Below, one piece after another: positions 23,418-37,015 of a stretch of 64,000 nucleotides of DNA; position 1 is the first letter of the stretch, and each line of letters starts with the position of its first letter. The notes under the pieces were generated by a model, which saw only the letters and a program-made list of their open reading frames with translations, had not been told where the DNA came from and searched no databases. The DNA is from Phoronis australis (lineage: Eukaryota > Animalia > Phoronida): contig NMRA01000028.1 of the NCBI GenBank assembly GCA_002633005.1, forward strand, positions 1,616,177-1,680,176, written 5' to 3'. Position numbers and translations under genes: made by a program.

Positions 23418-25933
23418 GTGAGCTATATCATGTCTTTCTATTTCATTTAATAAATTCTACATTCAGGTCTCCTTAAAATAAAAGAACAACAGTCACTATA
23501 CATACGAGTTCAACCTAAATGAGCCTCGAAATTCGTTCTAAATGCATGGTTTCAGGTAGTGGGGCCCTCAGCCTACAGACTCATCCATGCTGGTAATTAG
23601 CTTTCCACTATTAAAAAGGGGCCATTCATTCATTAACACCAGATTATGAATATCAAGTGGGCCACTGCAACCACGGGCTTACTTCATGAAACTAGTTTTA
23701 AGGCACAAGTCACATTTTGTATTCACAATGAACAGCGTTTTCCATCAGCTGTAATGCAGACTGAGGTATTATTACAACTGTCGTCAAGCCTTAAATGTTC
23801 ACGAAATGGTCCATAAGCTGTTAATAAAGGCTAGAGATTTTATACCTGAGTGAGTGTTGGACTTGAATTTATGAAAATATCCAAGTCAACTTCATTTGAA
23901 CGCTACGACATGGACCTGAGTTCCAAGCATTGGTATATCATCTCAACCAAAGTGCAGAGAAGCTGAATTTCAAAACAACCCCTTGGTTTGTTTGTCGTGG
24001 AGTACGTGTTTGCTGAAACAAAAAACATTAAACAATAAAGTATATTTCAAGTCTATCGTAAACTTCATAATTGTAAACTAAACCATATATGACTGTTTCA
24101 AAGCAAGCACAAGTCAGACTGGTATTTATGGCATAGTGGAATGAAGGGTGCATCAGGAAATCAGGCTGTTCAGTGGTATCTTGTAGTGGGACAATGTTTC
24201 TCTTCATCAACTGGGGAAACTGGTGTCGCCGTCTGCCAGGATATCACAGAAATTTGATTTAAGCTCCTATTGTGTTGTACAGGGCAATTACTGTGGTCAC
24301 GCGCACTAGATTTTTGGTTGAAATAAACTGAAATGTCAAGGACAGAAAGTAATAACTTGTTAACACGTTTGGCATATGAAATTGAATTCCTCGTGAAGAA
24401 TTAGCGTATAATCCTTTGGGAAAGAAATATGATAAAAATTGGCCGAAACGCTGCAATAGGTTTATATTTGTTAATTGCAGTTTTGAGTAGGTGCGTATTT
24501 ACATTAAGGTATTCGTTCAGTGTTATATATAATTGTCGTTTGCGTTGTGACATCGGACATAAGACTAAACCTGGTGTTTTACAAAAGAAAGATTGATATG
24601 AGGCCTATGAAAACCGGTATCGTCTGGAATATGGACTAAAGGGTAGTTAAGCGGTAGNAGCACCCGAGACTCAAACAGCAACTGGTGAGCTATATCATGT
24701 CTTTCTATTTCATTTAATAAATTCTACATTCAGGTCACCTTAAAATAAAAACACCAACAGTCACTGTACATACGAGTTCAACCTAAATGAGCCTCGAAAT
24801 TCGTTCTAAATGCATGCTTTCAGGTAGTGGGGCCCTCAGCCTACAGACTCATCCATGCTGGTAATTAGCTTTCCACTATTAAAAAGGGGCCATTCATTCA
24901 TTAAAACCAGATTATGAATATCAAGTCGGCCACTGCAACCACGGGCTTACTTCATGAAACTAGTTTTAGGGCACAAGTCACATTTTGTATTCACAATGAA
25001 CAGCGTTTTCCATCAGCTGTAATGCAGACTGAGATATTATTACAATTGTCGTCAAGCCTTAAATGTTCACGAAATGGGCCATAAGCTGTTAATAATAGCG
25101 AAAAGGCTAGAGATTTTATACCTGAGTTAGTGTTGGACTTGAATTTATGAAAATATCCAAGTCAACTTCATTTGAACACTACGACATGGACCTGAGTTCC
25201 AAGCATTGGTATATCATCTCAACCAAAGTGCAGAGAAGCTGAGTTTTAAAACAACCCCTTGGTTTGTTTGTCGTTGAGTACGTGTTTGCTGAAACAAAAA
25301 ACATTAAACAATAAACTATATTTCAAGTATATCCTAAACTTCATAATTGTAAACTAAACCATATATGACTGTTTCAAAGCAAGCACACGTCAGACTGGTA
25401 TTTATGGCATAGTGGAATGAAGGGTGCATCAGGAAATCAGGCTGTTCAGTGGTATCTTGTAGTGGGACAATGTTTCTCTTCATCAACTGGGGAAACTGGT
25501 GTCGCCGTCTGCCAGGATATCACAGAAATTTGATTTAAGCTCCTATTGTGTTGTACAGGGCAATTACTGTGGTCACGCGCACTAGATTTTTGGTTGAAAT
25601 AAACTGAAATGTCAAGGACAGAAAGTAATAACTTGTTAACACGTTTGGCATATGAAATTGAATTCCTCGTGAAGAATTAGCGTATAATCCTTTGGGAAAG
25701 AAATATGATAAAAATTGGCCGAAACGCTGCAATAGGTTTATATTTGTTAATTGCAGTTTTGAGTAGGTGCGTATTTACATTAAGGTATTCGTTCAGTGTT
25801 ATATATAATTGTCGTTTGCGTTGTGACATCGGACATAAGACTAAACCTGGTGTTTTACAAAAGAAAGATTGATATGAGGCCTATGAAAACCGGTATCGTC
25901 TGGAATATGGACTAAAGGGTAGTTAAGCGGTAG
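23394..25933. repeat. 1.27-kb tandem duplication (23394-24657 / 24661-25933) joined at N24658
   Basis: Near-identical copies with scattered substitutions and one short indel; duplicate ORFs 24259..24456 and 25535..25732. Confidence 0.95.
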
Positions 25934-25984
25934 TCAGCACACCATCCATTGGCCACATCAAGTGACCTAATGAATATAAGGGAA

Positions 25985-26070
25985 AAGATTTCTGCCCCCG
26001 GACTGGGACTCAAACCCAGTACCTTCTGCTAACTGTCCATTAGGTTACATGGTGTGACCAACAGATGGCG
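25985..26070 (-). mobile_element. Possible decayed tRNA-derived SINE head
   Basis: - strand B-box-like GGGTTTGAGTCCC inside the stem CTGGG...CCCAG; no clear A-box. Confidence 0.35.
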
Positions 26071-26765
26071 TGCTGACAGGACTTAAATTGTTTGGTACAT
26101 ATTTTTCGCGCCATATTGAGATTGACATATTCATAACGGGGAGTTAGTTGTGTAAGTGGATGACCTTCAGTACAAATCGCGTTTTAGGCTCAACATAAAA
26201 AGCACAAGAAGTGTTGAACATAAAATGTGAAATCCCAAACTTATTACATGTAATAGCCCATAGACTTACCATAAAGTTTAGTTGATCATTAGTCGACAAT
26301 GTACACTTCCTGTCTGCATATCTGTAGTAAAGTAGAGATTAGAGGAGTTTTATCAGGAGACACCTGGTGAGGAAACTGGGTAGCTCTATGTAGGGATTCA
26401 AACATTCTAGGTGGAAAAAGAAACGTTTTGGACTAGTCCGGAAATGCCCAGTTTCAAATGGCGAAATCAAATTAAACACTGCAGTCATGTTTTCAATAGA
26501 GAGACATTTGTATGGACATGAAAGCATTATTTTAAAGAATCCGATTTGAAAAGTTACCTAAAAACGAGTACGTACTGTTTCATAATTCAGAATAGACAGC
26601 TGGTGCTGTAATCATATGTTTGTACACATACGTCAAGTTTGTTTTGGTTGATCACTCTGTCTGTGAAGCATCGTGGGTGATTTACACCATTCTCATTTGA
26701 CACTGCTTGAGATCATTCTGTGATGTCACTGTTTCTAAGTTATGTATGACTTCTGTAAATTGCAG

Positions 26766-26981
26766 CTTCGCTCACGATAACATTGATTGACGTCAATGAT
26801 TACACACCCAAGTTCAGAAAGTTAAATCAACCATTGACTTTGTCTGAGAGTAGCCCTGTTGGTACACTGGTAGTGGACCTAGTAGCTGATGATTATGATG
26901 AGGACGACGAGCTAAAATTTCATCTGATAGATAATTCTTCGGGAGTATTCAAGATTGATTCACATTCACAATCACAATCAG
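26766..26981 (+). CDS. Cadherin exon 13 (SLTITLIDVNDYTPKF...SQS)
   Basis: ORF 26783..27037, phase 1-1. Confidence 0.92.
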
Positions 26982-27012
26982 GTTTGTATCAATCTCCTTT
27001 TTCACACATTGT

Positions 27013-27195
27013 AAGGGGTCATGTGGTATTATCATAAAGATTCATTTAAAATTATGTGGGACCTTATCAACAAAGGGGTCATGTGGTATTATCATAAAGA
27101 TTCATTTAAAGTTATGTGGGACCTTATCAACAAAGGGGTCATGTGGTATTATCATAAAGATTCATTTAAAGTTATGTGGGACCTTATCAACAAAG
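27013..27195. repeat. 60-bp tandem repeat x3
   Basis: Unit AAGGGGTCATGTGGTATTATCATAAAGATTCATTTAAARTTATGTGGGACCTTATCAACA. Confidence 0.95.
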
Positions 27196-27738
27196 CTGTG
27201 TATTTATTCTAATATCTACAGAGATATTTTGGGAACAAGGAAAGTGTGTAGAAAAGAATTTTACACCAGTGTGCCATCAGTTGGACCATATGGCCGTGTT
27301 CTTTTAGTAAAATTTGTGGAAATAAAAAGGTAGCCTCCAGAGCTATCCACTGATTTCAATAGCATAACCAAGTTTCCTTTGATATATATATTCAAGGTAA
27401 AATCTCAAAAACACTGTTACAATTTTAATTTTTTTACAGTATGATGGTTACTTTTTTTGTACCACATGGGGTTGCTGTATAGTGCTTAAGTAGTGATATT
27501 TTTTCATTGGTTTGTTGTGGTCATGTGTTTATTTAATAAGCACTAGTCGCTTCTGTTAGGTTTGCTGTGTTTGATAGCCAACGTTGTTTTCCTCAGATGC
27601 TAGTCAGCTCATAAAATTGAATGATGTAAGATGGTTATTGAGATTTGTTTCCCTGGTGTAGGTCACTTTATTCTTTGAATATGTGGGGCAGTGTGACATG
27701 GTCTGGCCTGCTAAACACCTTTATTTTATCTGTTTTAG

Positions 27739-28040
27739 CTCAAGTCAAACTTAATAAGAATATTGACAGAGAAACTACCAAGCAGCTGACCTTTGTTGCC
27801 CAAGTTCAGGATAAGGCAGGTCATTACAGTACTATAAGAGTTAATGTAACTGTGGAGGATGCCAATGACAATGACCCTGTATTTATTGACTTTAAGTCAC
27901 CAATACATGTGCCGGAGAACAAGGATGCACCGTTTGTTGCTGTAACTGTAAATGCGACGGATAAAGATGAGGACGAGAATGGACGTATCGAGTACTCCTT
28001 GAAACCTGATGGTGTTCCATTCTCTATTAATAAGACCACT
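27739..28040 (+). CDS. Cadherin exon 14 (QVKLNKNIDRE...DANDNDP...KTT)
   Basis: ORF 27645..28061, phase 1-0. Confidence 0.93.
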
Positions 28041-28317
28041 GTAAGTTGTAATGGGATTTAGTCATTTTGCTTAATTTAATATTTTGAATGTCTGTAGTGA
28101 TGTATACCAGGTCTGTTCATTATGGTTTTGGCTAAATTAGATTCAACTGCGTAATACATTTGGTTGTTGTGCATTGGCAACTATACTATCAAAATTGCCC
28201 GAGTCTTGGTAGAACAGCCATTGGCATTCTGTTGGTATATATTTTTTCTCTTGTTAAAAATTAAGACCTTACCCAATTGGTTAATAAGGTAATTCTTGTA
28301 TTAAGAATTACTATGTA

Positions 28318-29783
28318 CCGTATTCGCCGTAATAACCGCCCATGCCCCTATAAGCGCCCCCCCACGCGTTTTCAGACTTTGCTAAAATAAGCCCCCAGTC
28401 CATGAACGTGTACGTGCGAAAAATGCCTTACCTACAGTCCTCAAATTTTACAGTAACATCTTCAATTTATTAATAATATCCGAAAGTCCTGAAAAAAATC
28501 ATTGTGGGCAGAATTTGTAGACCACGAGTATTTAGCCGTGACTAGGCCTATGCACTTCAAACTTCCACCATGCCTCAAAACGAACACAAATGCTTTGCTG
28601 ATCTTGCGAGGACCAATGGTCTGGCCATTCAGAACAGACGTAGTGTACTTGTCTACGGGATTGCTTTGTAGATGTTTCCTGCTTTCAACAGGAATCCAAA
28701 TTTCTTTGTACATATGAAAACTGCGAATCGAAGACTAATAAAAAGCATGGCCAGTGTGAAAAGCATGTGGCCAGGAATCGCGCGGTACATACATGAACCT
28801 GTCATCAAAAGACATTAGTCGGGAACTATCCATTCATGAAACGGGTAGCATAGCATCAGCAAGAAATGAATATTGGCACTAATTTCCGACAGTTTCTAAT
28901 ACTATAAAAAATGTTTGTGTTATTTTTAAGATAGATTGTTTGATTAACCATAATTGGTGTTTTTAAGCCAAATATCCGATAAAATGACCACTGACAGTGA
29001 ATGCTTACACACCCTTACACCGATAAATAACTGTTAGATAGTTACGTACGCATCCAGCTACACGGCGACTAATATGGGCCTTACCAAGACAAATGTCGAA
29101 CGTTTTTAGCACATGAGACCAGCAAGTGCTGAATTAAACACGCTCTGGTTTAGGCCTAGATACAATGCACATCTAGCTTGTTAGATTGCGTGGCTCTGGC
29201 CAAAAGACGGTCTCTGCTCTGGCAAATGAACTCTGGTGACACGCATGCGCTCGCTTACTCACAAATGCAAACGAACTTCAAAACAAACGTCACGTGACAA
29301 CAACATGTGTGTTCTTCCAGACATTTTTCTGGTGTTGCTGATCATACATGTAGATGGCACGATGTAGCACAGATTTGTACTTAAACCTGCCGTTAATCTT
29401 GACTCCATGGGAACTTAAAAATCTTAGGAATGCTACTTGGAAAACTTAAGGAGCATTTCAGGTAATTTGTCGAAACTGTATTTTTATTCAAGCATTCAAG
29501 TCGCCATGTCGACGATTGCGAGGCAGTCAGTCGGCGAGTTTTCGCTCTGAGATTTCAGCACAGTTTTCTGTAAAATGATCGTAATTTAGCAGCAAAGTTT
29601 GATAGCAATACACCACCGTTTTGTAGAAAGTCTTTCATAGATTACAGATACGTCACAGAGTGTAAATATGATGAATCTTAGCTTCCGATTTCACCCGTTT
29701 CGGAGACCGGGTTTCAACCGCCTTGGGTTATAATAAGCGCCCCCCCACCGAAACACCCTGGGCGGTTATTACAGCAAATACGG
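28318..29783. mobile_element. Tc1/mariner (pogo/Tigger-like) non-autonomous element
   Basis: TA on both flanks; TIR CCGTATTCGCCGTAATAACCGCCC vs CCGTATTTGCTGTAATAACCGCCC; subterminal ATAAGCGCCCCCC motifs. Confidence 0.85.
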
Positions 29784-30593
29784 TACTTACAAATGTCCAT
29801 TATTGTGATGCACAAATGGGGACCTGCATGTTCTGCCTCCGTTTTTGTATCTACTCTACCCCTGGGAAGATCTTCATGAGATTTGGAAAATTCATTTCTA
29901 TGAGTTAGGTGGTGCAAGTGTCACTTTTGAACAGTGCACCCTTTAACAACCATGGTCTAAGTACTGTACTCATCTGGGTTACTGCCCCAGGCCCTTACAT
30001 TGATCATCAAAATCAGAAGTGGACGTTAAGTTGAGTTTGGCATGTAAACATGGAATTTTTGAGGTGTCGGGGATTCGTGTTTTCCCGAAGTGTTTATTCG
30101 CTTATACAAATGCCATACCTGTTTTTTTGCGCAAAAGTATTATTAATTGTGGTGTGAGTCAAAGGAATCTTTTCGAGTTTCCTTCCGTAAACAGTGTTTA
30201 CTTTTCCACCCGATTATGGCATGGTGTCTCTGGAACTTAGTATTTGTTAGCCAAAGGTTAGTGATTTGAGTATATTTCAAGACCTAAACTTCTCGTGGGA
30301 CTGTGTTCACAAAGACATTGGCATTGTTGAGGCAGACTCGGTCGTATGAATCAAGGGCGAGCGATAAGCTGAGCTTGGGCATTGAACTGAGAAATCTTCG
30401 GAGGTTTGCATTAAGCTAAACATGTGGGTTAACCCAGACAAGTCTGTACTGCATTTACATGTCTAAGGTCTCAAAAGACCTGGACATGTCACTGCTAAAA
30501 AAAACATTTTTACCTACTAATTGGCACAATGTGAGACACTGATGTCTGCTTGCTTGAAGTGATCTGATACGAACTGTAATGACTGTTTTATAG

Positions 30594-31091
30594 GGCGAGA
30601 TCACTGTCACAAAAACACTGGACAGAGAAAATCAATCTTCTTATAAGCTTTCCATTGAAGCTAAGGACAGCGCCCCCTCTCCACGAACTGTGACGAAAAT
30701 ACTAGACATCGTTGTTGATGATGAAAATGATAACCAACCCCGTTTCACTAAGTGTAGTGAGAATGCAGAAGTTTTGGAAGATGCATCCCGTGGTTTTCCA
30801 GTGACCAAAGTCATGGCTGTAGATGGTGATAAAGGAGAAAATGCAGAAATACGTTACACCTGTTGTGGGTCTACAAATGCCTCGTTGTTGTTTAAAGTTG
30901 ATAGTGTCACAGGCCAGCTGTCTGTTAATGAAAGTCTGAAGAATCAAGTGGGACATTACAATGTGGTCATCACTGCTAGCGATAATGGATCGGTGCCATT
31001 ATCGGCAACGTGTACCATCAAAGTTCAGATTAAAGATGTCAACGACAACGCTCCAACTTTCATCGGGGCTGACACATTTTACGTTATGGAG
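30594..31091 (+). CDS. Cadherin exon 15 (GEITVTKTLDRE...DENDNQP...DVNDNAP...VME)
   Basis: ORF 30690..31130 plus upstream in-frame codons, phase 0-0. Confidence 0.94.
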
Positions 31092-31517
31092 GTAAGGTCA
31101 TGTTTCAAAGCTTACCTAGTGACTGTGTAAATCTGAATATTGACATGTCCTGTGTAGGTATCATCAATGGGTGTAGGATATTCATGTTGCCATGGCAGCA
31201 GTTTGTTCAGTTGCTTAAAGTTATAATACTAAAGGTACCACGTAGCATTGTCTATAGTGTTCTAGTGGATACGTAGTAGTCATGGCATGCCCTGTGGTTG
31301 TAAGCACATTGCATACGTTACACTGAAGTTGGTGCTACATCTCACTGATTTCTGATCAGATTTTGCAGCACTGTGTTGGTAGGGCATTTCCAGGTGCCGG
31401 TCAAATTTGCTGACATCGATGCAATTTCAAAATGCAAAGTGGTTGTGATGCAATATAGGGAATTTAGCTATGACGCTACTATCACGGATTTGAACAGGCT
31501 GTTACCCACTTGTGCTG

Positions 31518-31958
31518 TGTGGGCAGTCTATTACATGATGCAGTTACGTGTGGGCAGTCTATTACATGATACAGTTACATGTGACCAGTCTATTACATGA
31601 TACAGTTACATGTGGACAGTCTATTACACGATACAGTTACATGTGGGTAGTCTATTACACGATACAGTTACATGTGGGCAGTCTATTACACGATACAGTT
31701 ACATGTGGGCAGTCTATTACACGATACAGTTACATGTGGGCAGTCTATTACATGATACAGTTACATGTGGGCAGTTTATTACACGATACAGTTACATGTG
31801 GGTAGTCTATTACATGATACAGTTACATGTGGGCAGTCTATTACATGATACAGTTACATGTGGGCAGTCTATTACATGATGCAGTTACATATGGACAGTT
31901 TATTACATGATACAGTTACATATGGACAGTCTATTACATGATACAGTTACATGTGGGC
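31518..31958. repeat. 31-bp minisatellite, about 14 copies
   Basis: Unit TGTGGGCAGTCTATTACAYGATACAGTTACA. Confidence 0.97.
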
Positions 31959-32149
31959 TTTTAGTGGAAATACTTGAATTAAGTGAGTAAGATGTGTTGA
32001 TTGGAATTTGGGAACTTTGATATGCCCAGGATCATCGTCCCTAGTAGTGACAGTCTATTACTTTTGAAATTGTGTTATGTCACATTGAGAAATGTTGTTG
32101 ATGCGATATCTTAAGACTGGAGGTTTAAGGTTATACCAAAGTTTGTAGC

Positions 32150-32502
32150 AAGGTGCGCCATCTTCAGACCACAGTTAAATTTACGACTTTGCGAGACGAT
32201 AATGAGTTCATCCTGGTACGCAGCAACAGTGTGGCATGTTAACTGACTCGTAAACAAAAGCAAACGATGACCGAACATATCACAATCGAGATATAACAAT
32301 GACTGACTCGGCAGCTCTCACAGTCAGACTATATGAAAAGAAATTGGCATGAAATTCTTGCCTCCCAAAACGTCACGTCCGGAGTAGAGAACGAATAATT
32401 AATTAAATTACGAAAAGATGTAATTAAGTGGAAAATATGTCTGGGGTAACCAATGAACCTTAATTTTGCTAAAAAAGACATGAAAAAGGTTTGCCTTCAC
32501 CT
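32150..32502 (-). mobile_element. Single-end fragment of Kolobok element C family
   Basis: Homologous to about 42170-42521; ends ...TTTGCCTTCACCT followed by TTAA; decayed MPHCCCVPG* start. Confidence 0.85.
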
Positions 32503-32940
32503 TTAAGACATTAACTCTCTCCACCCATTTGTAAGTGCTTGTTCCTTGCAGGGGATCCTTGGGCTGTTTGGTGACATGACTGAGGCTTATTGTCGTACAC
32601 AGTTTGGTGATATGACTGAGGCTTGTGGTCATACACTTTGCGAGCAATTATCCAAAAAAAAACTTCTCAGTGATTTGTTTTGTATTTGGGTACTACATTC
32701 AATTTAAGCATGTCAATCTTGTGTGCAGAAGGCTGCAGTGAGCTATTAACAGTCACATATTCTTACACCAAGTCACTGGCTCATGAAATTATCTATTGCT
32801 TGCATCCACCTCTGGTACAAACACTCACTAGGTTATGGTTATGACTCATTGCGAGATTCATATAACTGTGCACCAAGTGCCAACATAAGCAGATGATTAT
32901 TCTTGGTAAAGTTTAGTGACACAATTTTAATTTATTTTAG

Positions 32941-33132
32941 AATGCCACCATTGGAACAGAGGTAGGCATTGTGAAGGTCATGGATTTGGATGAGGGTAAG
33001 AATGGCGAGATTCGCCTGGCACTTGTACAACTACCCAATTCACAGGACTGGAAATACTTTGATATCAACAACAAGACAGGGTCTTTGATGACTGCCACTA
33101 AACTGGATAGAGAAAAAGATAGCGTGCTTTAT
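32941..33132 (+). CDS. Cadherin exon 16 (NATIGTEV...LDREKDSVLY)
   Basis: ORF 32971..33177, phase 0-0. Confidence 0.93.
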
Positions 33133-33906
33133 GTGAGTATACAGGACCATCACACCTTATTTAGTCTGTTCTCGTAGTGTCTTTTTTGCTCTGTTGGCAT
33201 TCTTACCTTGTTTGATATGCAAACTTACGGTAGCGTTAGGTCCCTTGAAACAAGTAACGTTTTCAGCTAAGACATGTTGAGCTCAGTTTGCAATGATTCT
33301 GTTTTATTTGTTCGATGTTATTGTAAGATATGCTTAATAGGTGGAGTTAAACTGAAGGCAGGTCAAATATGAATGTTACTTTGTGTCTTTGTTGCTGGGC
33401 AGGTCTTGGTAAAAGTGACTGTTTATGGTTTAACAACGCTACCTGATAGTCTTGGTGTAGAGTAGTACTTGTGCTCATAAATTGATAAGCTGTTCACTTT
33501 CTCACTGTATGTAAAATTATGCACTTGTGCTAAGACAGACTAATGTGCATCCTTTGCCTGACCCCCACAATTTTGGAATTGTGCAGCAAAGTGAGAAATT
33601 TCCTGTGCTAATTTTCACTCATGAAGTGATGCGTGCATTGTTTGGAATGTCAACAAAGCCAATGAATTTTCTACAAGTGGAAACACTTTTGATTGGTTTC
33701 TAGTTTCACATTAGTGAATATTATTAGACGTGCTGGTGATAACACTTCATCTGGGCGACTGGGAAATTTTAGAAAGCACTGGCATCCCAGATAGTCTGGG
33801 AGAGTTAGCATGTGTGCAGTAGTTTTATTGGAACAATTTGCATTTGCTCTTGGCATGTTGCTTCTATGAGAGATTCAGTGACGTAACACTGTCTTTAACT
33901 TTTTAG

Positions 33907-34153
33907 GTAACTGTAGAGGCGTATGATCTTGGCGAACCACGGAAAAGTGTTAGACAAATTTTCACTGTGTATGTAAAGGATGTCAATGATAACAAGCCAG
34001 AGTTTGACCGTTCCAAGTATCCCCTACCTTATCAACTGAAGGTGGAAGAGAACACTAAGCCTCCAGTGCAGTTGGGCTCAGTTGGTCTGGCAGAAGACAA
34101 AGATTTTGTGTCGGGAAGTTTGAATGCTACCCCAATATGTTACTTTATCGAGG
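33907..34153 (+). CDS. Cadherin exon 17 (VTVEAYDLGEP...DVNDNKP...ICYFIE)
   Basis: ORF 33967..34209, phase 0-1. Confidence 0.93.
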
Positions 34154-35234
34154 GTAAGGCATGTCTCAGAGACTGTATTTGTCCCTGTTTATACCTTTAT
34201 GTAAACTAGTCTTATTGATGTCAAGTATCTCATTTAGTGAGTAGCATTACAAAACCCTTCCATTTAGTTTTAACTCTAGATGGCAGCGCTTTCAAAACAA
34301 ACATCAGTGAGATATGAATCTAAACGTGGTATGTTCTCAGCTAACTCTTACTGTTGTTTGCGACCTTTGACCTACTTTTATATCAATAGGCCGCAGTTCA
34401 TTGTTATATACATAGCCTGTACACGTCATGTGTTGGGAGACTGATATGAAACCAAGTAAGAAATGGATAACAATAATCGAATCAGTGGTTAAAGCACGTT
34501 GTTAGCATGAGATCGAAACATTGAAATGTCAGTCAATTTATTAATTGAATGAAGGAATTAGGGTGAGGATTTATCTCTTTTCACAACTTGCTGTGTTCTT
34601 GATCACAGAGGCCTGAGGTGACTGTAGCGTTCATTCTCAACGCCAACGGTCGTATGCATGTAGACGCACAACTCCCTTAGGATCAAAACTACGTTTTGTC
34701 TTTGTTTTCTCTGGCACCATTCTACCATAAGTACACCTCGTTTACTCAATGTTATGGCGATTTTGTGAATGAAAGGACTGAGGATATACGAAGCTGTTCT
34801 GTACCTGGCGGGAGGTTCAATTTGATTGTAAGCCCTTTAACCTTTGACCCCGGATAAGTAGTAAAAAATATCCACACGGTTGTGCAGTTCCAAGGTGGTT
34901 CTGCTAAATCTTTTTTTCTTGCTACACAGTATATATTTTGTATTTGAATTTTCCTGAGAATGAAGATATTAAGGTATTTATTGTAAAAATGACCATTTTT
35001 TGTAAATAAGGTTGGAGATAACATTAAATCACTGGTGAAAGGCTGTTTGCTTGGGATGGGTTGACTTATAGTTTACTGTTCCAACCATATTTAATACTAT
35101 TCAGTTAGTTCTTCATGGCTTTTGAAAACAATGTGTTGTTCGTACATTGTAACGAAGGTGTTGTCACAGGGCAAAGTTGACATATTATTTAATGTCAACA
35201 TTCACGCATATTACCTCAATCTTTAATTTTTCAG

Positions 35235-35596
35235 GAGGAACATTGTTGCCGAACGATCTCAAAAAAACATTCGAGTTGGAAATGTTTTCCGGAAACCTCA
35301 CTTTGCTTAAGCCTATGGACAGGGAAGTGCTTTCATTTGTTGATCTGTACATCAAGGCATCGGATGTGTGTAACGACCAGTCAAGCCGAGTGAAGAGGGA
35401 AACCGGCAGCCAAACACCAGGTTCCACCAGTTCACCGTCATTTGATTTATCAGACAAGAGTATGTTGCAGGTGCGAGTAATGGTCATTGACGTGAATGAC
35501 AATCGTCCAGTATTTAAAGAGACTCTCATCACAGCAGGTGTGACCAGTGGCAAGGGGATTGCGGACGATGAGAGCCCTTATGTCATCAGGCTTAAG
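35235..35596 (+). CDS. Cadherin exon 18 (MDRE...RVKR...DVNDNRP...RLK)
   Basis: ORF 35177..35623, phase 1-0. Confidence 0.93.
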
Positions 35597-36748
35597 GTAG
35601 GTGTAGGTGTAGGTTATTATTAGTTATCTCAGATACCTGTACTGCCAAGGTCTTTTATATCTTTATAATGAGGACAGGTCTGTTTATATGAATTTAAATC
35701 CGATCTGTTTGTTTCACTGAGCATTTATGCCTCTTCAATTCAATTTTCAGAAAATGTCGACTCCGATTAGCTTGTTAAATGTAGCATTGGTGTACCCACA
35801 ATCAACTCCTTTCCATCTTATTTTTTGCTTCCATATAAATTCTGTAGTATTTCTGCAAAAGCTTACACGATGTATTATAACATATTTGACGGGCTTTTGA
35901 ATGATGTCGCCTAAGAGAGAATTGATCAAAAGGATAGAAGTGGTTAAAGATGACTCACTTGGCTCACAGAAGTGTGTACCTACGACTTACGTAAGAATTT
36001 CTCAACAGCAAATGTCAGGCATCAGTTGATGTAAAAGGTGACCCAGGCTCAGAATGAGGAAAGCAAAATATTGAAGGCTTCATTTTTAAATCACAACAAT
36101 GGTCGACTCTTAAGTTAACTCCAAGTTGCATTTGGCGTCTTGGGGAAAATCCCACGTCACCAAATGAACTCTGAGGTCGCCGAAAGTAAAAAATCCCAAG
36201 TCGTTAAATAAAATCTGAGGTTGCCAAGCCCGGCGTCAAAATCTCAGACTGAAAAAATATAAGATTGTACCGCGTTTCATTCGCCGACTCTTACGCGTGC
36301 CTCTTCAATTTCTCCCTGTAAATGTACATTTATTTGCTAACTCCGTTTCTCCCACCAACGAACAAATGAACATACAATAGACAATTGCATGCACTGTTGG
36401 TGTGTGCGTCACTGGCTGATCTTGCCCGATTTTGCCCGAATTTTTGTGACTTCTATATGTTTACATCCTGTTGTAATTTAAGCGTGTGTTTGGTATATGC
36501 TGAGTGCTGTGGTTGCAAATGCACTGATCTCACGAAATAAACGAAACAATTGTGAACCAGTGGTAACAAATCTAGGAAAACTGTCAGTAATTTAAAGTTT
36601 GGAACTCAACACAAACTTCAAAACAAATTTCGGGAAAATATTGTCTGAATTTGATACTCACAGTGGCGACTTCGCAATGACATGAGATTTTTCCCAGCTC
36701 GCCAAACACAATCTGAGTTCTCCATAATAGCAAGTAGCAGCATATATT

Positions 36749-37015
36749 TATAAAAACAACGGATTTAAAACGGCTTGACATGTTTTGGCGTCATTTATTT
36801 AAACACCATCATCAGAAGAAGAGAGAACATAGTGGCCACCTAGCCAGGCCCAGCAACAAGTGATGAAACGCAGACACAGTCAGTCACAAGGAGTGGCTAG
36901 GTGGCCACTGGGAGTGGCTAGGTGGCCACAATGTTTTCCCTTCTTCTGGTGATGGTGTTTAAATAAACGACTGTGAAACATGTCAAGCCATTTTAAATCC
37001 ATTGTTGTTTTTATT
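36749..37015. repeat. Imperfect palindrome with arms of about 95 bp (MITE-like)
   Basis: GGATTTAAAACGGCTTGACATGTTT...AACACCATCA...GTGGCCACCTAGCCA mirrored at 36914-37010. Confidence 0.85.

Noticed and set aside
24259-25732. Two identical 65-aa ORFs suggesting a duplicated gene
   Set aside because: They lie in duplicated intron sequence, start at a non-ATG codon and have no domain signal.
31373-31958. Repetitive ORFs and CRISPR-like periodicity
   Set aside because: Head-to-tail 31-bp minisatellite with no unique spacers and no cas genes; the ORFs are by-products. The same applies to the 40-, 41- and 60-bp repeats.
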